A stretch of DNA of 20,930 nucleotides from Candidatus Hydrogenedentota bacterium (GTDB taxonomy: Bacteria; Hydrogenedentota; Hydrogenedentia; Hydrogenedentales; SLHB01). The notes beneath the pieces were generated by a model, which did no database searches, was not told the origin of the DNA, and saw nothing but the letters and a program-made list of their open reading frames with translations. The stretch spans positions 1-20,930 of the forward strand of contig JARKSN010000002.1 in the NCBI GenBank assembly GCA_029974275.1, read 5' to 3'. Each line of letters begins with the position of its first letter. The stretch's first letter is position 1. Of this stretch, positions 14,592-20,930 are shown one piece after another. Made by a program: the position numbers and the translations under genes.

Positions 14592-17159
14592 TCATTTCAC
14601 GATCCGTCTCGCCGGTTTTCCCTTGACCACGGAATAGGCCGCCTCGACGGTCCGCGTTTCATTCGGGGACAACGGCGTCGGCGCCATGATCAATTCCAAG
14701 TTTACATGCTGCGCATTGGGAGCGAGGTTGTAGAAATACAACAGTTCGCCAAGTTGGGCAGGAACGAATCGCGCAAGGACGCTCACGCGCGCATTGGGCA
14801 GATAGGCCGCCAAACGCGTATAGGAGCCCGGCTCAAGGCGCGCCCCAAACGCCTTTTGCTGCGCCACCGGCGATGTGTTCAACTGCGTCCATTCCGCCCC
14901 ATCGAACGCCCATATTTCAGGCATCTTCGATCCCTGGGTGAAGAATTCCGGATGCGTTTTCACGATGGGCGCGATCGGCTCGGCCGTCGGGTTATGCACG
15001 CTCAAGGATACGTCGAGCGTGTCCGAGTCCGGCAATAACGTCATCGTCCGTTCGAGCACAAGGCCGTTTCGCAACGTAGCCTTGATCGTGAGACTGTCCT
15101 TGGCCTGGCGCACCACGTCGTACGCAGCGGCCACCGGGCCTTCCGGAACGCCCGCGGCGTTCATCCAGTCCTGCCACGATCCGGGATCGCGCCCCAACGT
15201 CTTGTAGGCGCGCAACAGCTCGACCTTATGCTTCTTGTCCGTCCATCGCAGCACGGTCCCCTGAAAACCGGGAGCCACCCATACGCGGTATCGGCTGTTT
15301 TCCAACGCGACAACCGGCGTTTGGAGCGTTTTGTCGGGAGGCATGCTAACGAGACGCGGGGGCAGGGCCTCTTTCAACGTGCCGTAGGGAGGCGTGGGGT
15401 GAATGCCCGCCTCCGCGCCCGCAGCGAGATAATCGTCGATGCTGGCGGTTGTGGCGGGAATGGATGTGAGCATGCCATCGGTGATCGTCACAGACGGGGC
15501 GCAGACGATCGCGGCAAACTTCAGATGCACGTGCTCGAGTTCGACGCGTTTGCGGATATCGTCGGATTCCGCCGCCGCCAGCGCCTTCTGGAACAGGCCT
15601 TCGGCCGCCTCGATAAACGGAAGGGTCAGCCATCTGCCATCGTCGAAGCAGGTCATTGGCAGGCCGGAATCGCGCACGGTCGAGGCCGCCAGTTCGATGT
15701 ACTCCTTGATGTAGGGCGCGGCCTTGCCGTAATACAAGTCGATGAACTCATCGCGCACCGCGTCTCCATCGAGATACGGATTCCACATGCATTTCATGAC
15801 CATATAGGTGCGCAAATAGCAGAACTCGCCGCCGTAAATTTCGGCTCCTTGTTCGAACAATCCCTTGACCTTGTGTTCGGCAAAAAAACGCGCATTGGGA
15901 AACAGCACATGGAAATTGGGGTGCGGCATGCTGAAATGGGCGTAGTTGGGGGTGTAATCCCAGATATGAAGGCGTTTGGCGATCGCCGACCATTTCATGA
16001 TGTCGCTTACGAAGTCCCGGTTCAGTTCCGCATCCGGATCGTCCAACGGACGGAAGAAGTCGCACTCGATGCTGCACAACTTGATGACGACGTTATCGCG
16101 CGGAACCATCTTCTTGGGCGGCTTGCGCGTATACCAGTACGCAAGCGTCTCCACGCTGTACCCTGGGCGTTGCGCCTGCAACATGTCCGCGATGCGATTG
16201 ATGCACGTAAGCACCGATCCCATGGGCGTGCCCTCGCGTTCATCGATCGCCTGACAGGCGCCGCATTCGCAATTGTTGATCCAATCTTGCTGCGAGAGAT
16301 GAAGCGTCTTCTCGGCAGGGTTGCGGTCTATCTGCCTCTTGAACTGCTCGAAGACAGTCTCCGCCACTGCCGGATTGCTGTAGCAGAGCTGCCCCAGCTT
16401 GTCGGGATGTTTGGCCTGCTCCACGAGAGAATGCATATTCACTCCGACAGGCGCCACTCGCTTTCCGCCTCGCAACGAGTAATACTCCGGATGCGTCTGA
16501 AAATGCTCATCGGGGGGCACGAGCGCGTAGGAGGTATGGCAACTAAAACCCGGTCCCGGATAAATCCGGTGGAAGCGGCGAAAAGCGTCAATGCCCTTGA
16601 GGTTCGCCGCGGTCAAATAGGTCGTGTCCCGGTATTCGAAGATCGGCTTGTACCGCACCGCCGTATCGGGAATCGACGCCGGCGCGGCGGGAATGTAGGT
16701 ATAGTCGGGCGTCAGCCACCGGATCCCCAGACAGCGTTCAAGGAAATCGAATACGCCGTACGACGTTCCGCGATCGCTCCCCCCCGCGATGACAAGAGCC
16801 TTTCCTTCCGCCGTCGTCACGGTCTTGATACAGTACTCGTCTTCGCTCAGTCCGTCGAGGTTCATTGCGTGCGCCAGCGCTCCGGGAACATTCGCGCGTC
16901 CAATGTAGACGGCAATTTCACGGCCGCTCGCATGCGTATCGCCTGCGGAAGGCCGCGCGTCATGCCCTGTCGTTTTTTGCCAATACAGGGCGAAGTCTTC
17001 CACGGCGGCCTGCATCTCCGCGCCGCCCTCCGGAGAACGCAGAACAACTCGAGAGTATTCGTTCGCTGCAATCCAAGTCGCAGGCGCATCCGTGCTTGCG
17101 GCAGCCACGACGCCCAACGTCAATGCTATAACTGCTGTCATGCTTGGTTTCCTCTCCAT
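14592..17159 (-). CDS. DUF4838 domain protein (putative secreted glycoside hydrolase-like) with an extra C-terminal beta domain
   Basis: N-terminal GH20/GH67-like alpha/beta domain (IAGGSDRGTSYGVFDFLE..LGIRW). DUF4838-like core (F..HPEYY, QLCYSNP, CECGAC, LAY.YT..PP, IWDY, G.FEQG, YYGKAA). Start is ambiguous among 17141, 17159 and 17174. Confidence 0.8.
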   Translation of the reverse strand: MERKPSMTAVIALTLGVVAAASTDAPATWIAANEYSRVVLRSPEGGAEMQAAVEDFALYWQKTTGHDARPSAGDTHASGREIAVYIGRANVPGALAHAMNLDGLSEDEYCIKTVTTAEGKALVIAGGSDRGTSYGVFDFLERCLGIRWLTPDYTYIPAAPASIPDTAVRYKPIFEYRDTTYLTAANLKGIDAFRRFHRIYPGPGFSCHTSYALVPPDEHFQTHPEYYSLRGGKRVAPVGVNMHSLVEQAKHPDKLGQLCYSNPAVAETVFEQFKRQIDRNPAEKTLHLSQQDWINNCECGACQAIDEREGTPMGSVLTCINRIADMLQAQRPGYSVETLAYWYTRKPPKKMVPRDNVVIKLCSIECDFFRPLDDPDAELNRDFVSDIMKWSAIAKRLHIWDYTPNYAHFSMPHPNFHVLFPNARFFAEHKVKGLFEQGAEIYGGEFCYLRTYMVMKCMWNPYLDGDAVRDEFIDLYYGKAAPYIKEYIELAASTVRDSGLPMTCFDDGRWLTLPFIEAAEGLFQKALAAAESDDIRKRVELEHVHLKFAAIVCAPSVTITDGMLTSIPATTASIDDYLAAGAEAGIHPTPPYGTLKEALPPRLVSMPPDKTLQTPVVALENSRYRVWVAPGFQGTVLRWTDKKHKVELLRAYKTLGRDPGSWQDWMNAAGVPEGPVAAAYDVVRQAKDSLTIKATLRNGLVLERTMTLLPDSDTLDVSLSVHNPTAEPIAPIVKTHPEFFTQGSKMPEIWAFDGAEWTQLNTSPVAQQKAFGARLEPGSYTRLAAYLPNARVSVLARFVPAQLGELLYFYNLAPNAQHVNLELIMAPTPLSPNETRTVEAAYSVVKGKPARRIVK

Positions 17160-17175
17160 TGGTTTCCTCTCCATT
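17144..17175. repeat. 15-bp tandem direct repeat (two full copies plus 2 nt) covering ribosome-binding site and start codon
   Basis: TTGGTTTCCTCTCCA occurs at 17144-17158 and 17159-17173. The minus strand encodes MERKP-MERKP. Confidence 0.9.
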
Positions 17176-17550
17176 TTCTGGACCCTTCGCCCCTGCGAAA
17201 CACGCCGGGAAACTCCCTCGCCTGGTTCGCCCACATTCCTCAAAACGCTGTGTGCGAGGAGACCTCTTCCCGCTGGATATGCCTTGCCCGAAAACGCTTT
17301 GAACACGGGACAAACCTCTGTGAAGTATCCAGGGCAGCATACCATGATCGCCTCGGATACTCCAGGTTATCCGGCACATCCTCGGGCATTTGCCGATAGA
17401 TCCGACCTCCAGGCATCACTGTCCATAGACACACGGCACAAGCCCGCAAGGACGCCCTCGCCGCCTATTCGCATGCGATCCATTGCGTGTCGTTTCGATG
17501 CGACAGACCTGCTTTTCCAAGGACATAGCATGGAAAATAATAACGCGCCT

Positions 17551-17561
17551 TGTGCTATGAT
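17551..17561 (+). promoter_or_regulatory. Candidate extended -10 promoter for the rightward genes
   Basis: TGTG-c-TATGAT in the divergent intergenic region, with no convincing -35 box. Confidence 0.4.
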
Positions 17562-17726
17562 AGGCAGCGAAGACGGAACCGCGTGGAGTTCGTTTTCCTG
17601 GGGAATGCGACGATGGCTTGGGGACTGAACGGATTTTGGTTCGGAACCGGGCAGGGCAGATTCTGGTTTTTTGTGCGCGTGTGCTGCATAACGATCGGGG
17701 ACATCTACAAAAGGAGGCGGTCAGGT

Positions 17727-18110
17727 ATGAAAGCGTGGAGCGTGTGGGCGTGCTGTATGGCGGCGATGTTTGTGTGGGCGTTGGCTGGTTGTGCAACGGA
17801 CAAGACCTCGGCGACGGGCGAAAAATCCGCGACCGCTCAGAAAAGCGCCGTATCCGATTCAGAATCGGACGCGCCGGCAAAAGAGCCTGTGGCGTCAGAA
17901 AAGAAAAAATCGTCCCGCTCAAAACCTTCTGTCAAAGCGGCGCAAAGACGCGCCAATCGCATCGATGCGCTTCTCATGGCCGGGGATAAGGACCTCGACG
18001 GCAAACTGACGATGGAAGAATGGCGCAAGGCCGTTCCCTTGGGAAAGCCGGTCAATTTCTTCAAATTGGATCGAAATGGCGATAAAGTTATTAGCCGGGC
18101 CGATTACTGA
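17727..18110 (+). CDS. Small EF-hand lipoprotein
   Basis: AAGGAGG at 17711-17717, lipobox LAG-C, a Ser/Ala/Lys-rich linker and two EF-hand loops (DKDLDGKLTMEE and DRNGDKVISRAD). Confidence 0.8.
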   Translation: MKAWSVWACCMAAMFVWALAGCATDKTSATGEKSATAQKSAVSDSESDAPAKEPVASEKKKSSRSKPSVKAAQRRANRIDALLMAGDKDLDGKLTMEEWRKAVPLGKPVNFFKLDRNGDKVISRADY

Positions 18111-18250
18111 GAGTTCGTTGTTATTTCGATCGGCCGGTTGAAGCGTCCGGGCGCACAAGACGTCTGTCCGGCGTCCGATAGGGATGCGGACTGCGGCTTC
18201 TCTTTCGCGCGGTTCGGACCGTGTCGACGCGAGCCGTCAGAGGAGATGTC

Positions 18251-19564
18251 ATGTGGGAGCGCCTGGCTAGGTTGGAACTGTCCCCTGACCCGGGGACATT
18301 GAATCGCGAGGTGGATAGCGCGATCGAGCAGGCCGTGCTGTATGCGCATGCACACTCGCCGTTCTATCAGCGCTTGTTTCGCGACGCGGGCCTTGTGCCG
18401 CAGGACATCCGTTCGGTTGCCAGCCTTGGCCGCGTCCCTTGTACGACAAAAGACGATCTCGCGGCGGGACTCCCTTCGTTTTGTTGCGTGCCGCATGAGG
18501 CTATCGTCGACGTGTGCACGACCAGCGGCACCACCGGGGCCCCCACGTTGTATCCGCTCACGGCCCGCGATGCACAGCGGCTCGCCCTCAACGAATATCT
18601 CTCGTTCCATTGCGCCGGGCTGACGGAGAAGGACCGCGTCTTTCTCGCCGTCACGTTGGACCGCTGTTTCATGGCGGGGCTCGCCTATTACGAGGGCGTC
18701 CGCGCGATGGGCGCGACGGCTGTTCGCATTGGGCCGTCATCGCCCGCCATGCTGCTGAGTTGGATGGAGCAGTTGAAGCCAACAGCCATCGTGGCGGTGC
18801 CGTCGTTTCTCAAACGCGTGGCGCGGTATGCCGAGGAACATCGCCTGCCGCCGCCCGCGTCGTCCGTCGCCAAACTTATTTGCATCGGCGAACCATTGCG
18901 CGAGCGCGACCTGTCCCTAAACCCGCTGGGCCGCCAGGTCCAGTCCGCTTGGAACGCGCGCCTGCACTCTTCCTATGGCATTACGGAGTTGGCTATTTCG
19001 TTTTGCGAATGCGAAGCAGGTTGCGGCAATCATCTTCATCCGGGCCTTGTGCATGTCGAAATTCTCGACGATAACGGACGGCCCGTGCCCGATGGCGAGG
19101 AAGGCGAGATCGTCGCGACTACGTTCGGCGTCGAGGCCATGCCGCTCTTGCGCTACCGAACGGGCGACCGCTCGTTTCTCGTGCGCGAACGATGCGCGTG
19201 CGGGCGGTGGACGCCGCGCCTCGGTCCCATCCTCGGGCGCAAGAAACAGGCAATGAAACTGAAAGGAACGACGGTCTATCCCGCCGCCGTGCAACGTGTG
19301 CTGGACGGCCTGGATGCGGTCCAAAGCTATGTCATGATCGTGACATCGCCGACGCCGCTTTCCGATGAACTAGACGTCGTCGTTGCCTTGGAACCCCATG
19401 ACGGCGCCACGTTGACGCGAGTCCGCGACCGACTCCAGGCCGAGATCAAAGTCAGTCCTTCTGAGCGATCTGCGTCGCTGGAAGAGATCGAACGCCTGCA
19501 AATGCCCGACGGCGCACGCAAACGACAGGTCTTCATCGATGAACGTCCGGGACGGCGCGCGTGA
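18251..19564 (+). CDS. Phenylacetate-CoA ligase (PaaK)-like AMP-binding enzyme
   Basis: Motifs SPFY, TTKDDL, TTSGTTGAP, IGEP, YGITE, PLLRYRTGD, C.CGR and K.KG..VYP. GAGGAG site before ATG 18251. Confidence 0.9.
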   Translation: MWERLARLELSPDPGTLNREVDSAIEQAVLYAHAHSPFYQRLFRDAGLVPQDIRSVASLGRVPCTTKDDLAAGLPSFCCVPHEAIVDVCTTSGTTGAPTLYPLTARDAQRLALNEYLSFHCAGLTEKDRVFLAVTLDRCFMAGLAYYEGVRAMGATAVRIGPSSPAMLLSWMEQLKPTAIVAVPSFLKRVARYAEEHRLPPPASSVAKLICIGEPLRERDLSLNPLGRQVQSAWNARLHSSYGITELAISFCECEAGCGNHLHPGLVHVEILDDNGRPVPDGEEGEIVATTFGVEAMPLLRYRTGDRSFLVRERCACGRWTPRLGPILGRKKQAMKLKGTTVYPAAVQRVLDGLDAVQSYVMIVTSPTPLSDELDVVVALEPHDGATLTRVRDRLQAEIKVSPSERSASLEEIERLQMPDGARKRQVFIDERPGRRA

Positions 19565-20751
19565 GTTCGGCGGGCAAAGAAAGTCGATCGGGGGCTTCGC
19601 ATAGCGTTTGCGTAGTGGCGCCGGTGCTAAACAATGCTTCCACGGTGGCAACGATTGTTGAGCAGGCGCGGATGCATGTGTCGAAGGTGATCGTCGTCAA
19701 TGATGGTTCGACGGACGGCGCCGCGGAGGTCCTTGCGCGATTGACCGCGTTACCCGATGTCGAAGTCATCACGCATGCAATTAATCTCGGCAAGGGCGTC
19801 GCTCTTCTCGATGGAATGCAGCGCGCCGCAGCGTTGGGATGCACGCACGCGATCACGATGGATGCGGACGGACAACACGCGCCGGACGAACTGCCTCGCC
19901 TGCTGGAAACGATTGCCGCGCATCCCCGCGCGTTGGTGATCGGCACGCGCGATTTGTCCGGCGATGGACGCCGTCCTCGGAAGAGCCGATTGTTGCGCGC
20001 GCATTCGAATTTCTGGGTGTGGACGGAAACGGGCCGTTGGATAGCCGACACGCAAAGCGGGTTTCGGGCGTATCCATTGGCGTCCGTGTTGTCCCTTGCG
20101 CTGAAGACGCATCGATACGACTTCGAGATCGAGACGGTCGTAAAACTGCTGTGGCACGATGTCCCTGTGGTTAGCGTGCCGGTCAGCGCGCACTATGGCC
20201 CGGGCAGCGAGTCCAGTTTTCGTCCCTTCGCGGATTTTATGAAGGTGGCCGCGCTAAACATCAAGCTGCTGCTTCAGCGCATGCTGATACCGAAACCCGC
20301 GCGGCGTCTTTTGACATCACGACCCTGTGATGGAGCATCGCACGGTCTTGGCGCGTTGCTTCGCGGCATGTTTCTTGACGAACGCATGTCATCCTCGAAG
20401 CTGGCATTGAGCCTTGGACTCGGCGTCTGTTGCGGCATCTTGCCCATCTGGGGATTCCAACTCGCCATCGCCGTGGCCGCCGCTCATGTGCTGCGCCTCA
20501 ACAAGGCGCTGGCATTGCTCGGCGGCAATGTGTCGTTTCCCGCCGCGATACCATTCATTCTCTACGCCAGCCTCGCAACCGGACGCATCCTGTTGGGCGC
20601 TGAAGACGATGCGTCGTTGGACATCGCCTCCTCGTGGACGTTCGCGCGCGAGTATCTCGTCGGTTCCGTGGCGCTGGCTGCGTTGGCTGGCACGGCAACG
20701 GGCCTGGCAGCCTATGCCGCCGCGCGGTTGCTCGGGCGACGTGAACCATGA
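19561..20751 (+). CDS. Glycosyltransferase family 2 fused to a C-terminal DUF2062-like membrane domain
   Basis: GT2/DPM1-like motifs VVNDGSTD, NLGKG.AL, TMDADGQH, DTQSGFRAYP, YDFEIE and S.FRP..DF. Hydrophobic C-terminus LALSLGLGV..GILPIWGFQ...LRLNK. GTGA overlap with the upstream stop. Confidence 0.87.
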   Translation: MSSAGKESRSGASHSVCVVAPVLNNASTVATIVEQARMHVSKVIVVNDGSTDGAAEVLARLTALPDVEVITHAINLGKGVALLDGMQRAAALGCTHAITMDADGQHAPDELPRLLETIAAHPRALVIGTRDLSGDGRRPRKSRLLRAHSNFWVWTETGRWIADTQSGFRAYPLASVLSLALKTHRYDFEIETVVKLLWHDVPVVSVPVSAHYGPGSESSFRPFADFMKVAALNIKLLLQRMLIPKPARRLLTSRPCDGASHGLGALLRGMFLDERMSSSKLALSLGLGVCCGILPIWGFQLAIAVAAAHVLRLNKALALLGGNVSFPAAIPFILYASLATGRILLGAEDDASLDIASSWTFAREYLVGSVALAALAGTATGLAAYAAARLLGRREP

Positions 20752-20930
20752 CAGCGCGGCGTAATGCCGTTCTGGCCGCCGCGGCGATCATCGCGATCCT
20801 CGTTGCAGGGGCCGTGTTCGGCGCGCGACTTCATTTGCAAGAAGACGTGATGGCCCTTCTGCCGAAAGGCGACCGCGTCATCGCGGACCAACTCTTTGTG
20901 CTCGATCGGTTCTCTGCGTTGGACCGGGTC
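20748..20930 (+). CDS. Probable MMPL/RND-family membrane protein, 3'-truncated by the window
   Basis: Absent from the ORF track. ATG 20748 overlaps the GT2 stop and the frame stays open to the edge: MTARRNAVLAAAAIIAILVAGAVFGARLHLQEDVMALLPKGD... A transmembrane helix followed by RLxLxEDxxxLLP is typical of MMPL N-termini. Confidence 0.6.
   Translation, partial: MTARRNAVLAAAAIIAILVAGAVFGARLHLQEDVMALLPKGDRVIADQLFVLDRFSALDRV

Noticed and set aside
15228..17399. 723-aa plus-strand ORF
   Set aside because: It is an antisense shadow of the DUF4838 gene with no motifs, as expected in high-GC DNA. The same applies to 3065-4126, 5317-6390, 2445-3365 and similar ORFs.
18111..18250. GC-rich hairpins as an intrinsic terminator after the EF-hand gene
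   Set aside because: The stems are short or imperfect and not directly followed by a U tract.
1..20930. CRISPR arrays, tRNA/rRNA genes, IS elements, prophage or defence genes
   Set aside because: No regularly spaced repeats, cloverleaf patterns, or transposase, integrase or nuclease motifs were seen by eye. tRNAscan-SE, Infernal and DefenseFinder would be needed to exclude them formally.

Overview
This is a GC-rich bacterial chromosomal window, almost fully coding, with no rRNA, tRNA, CRISPR array or mobile element visible. From left to right: (1) the 3' part of a right-handed beta-helix protein; (2) a translationally coupled cysteine desulfurase-mnmA pair for tRNA U34 thiolation, with a CxxC+C type MnmA; (3) a five-gene overlapping operon with its own predicted sigma70 promoter, encoding a C39/papain-like peptidase, an RLAN+RimK-type ATP-grasp ligase, a GCS2-type glutamate--amine ligase, an N-formylglutamate amidohydrolase-like protein and an M28 lipoprotein peptidase. 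This looks like an uncharacterised non-ribosomal peptide or amide make-and-break system and is the best candidate for a novel system here; (4) a minus-strand block with a DUF4838 protein, a DUF1080 protein, a short Tat protein resembling only the C-terminal half of a Gfo/Idh/MocA enzyme, HldE, an orphan lipoprotein and a full Tat Gfo/Idh/MocA oxidoreductase; (5) an EF-hand lipoprotein; (6) the start of a coupled PaaK-like CoA ligase / GT2-DUF2062 / MMPL operon resembling aryl-polyene or flexirubin-type clusters, cut off by the window edge. All family calls come from motif recognition by eye. No database search was run.
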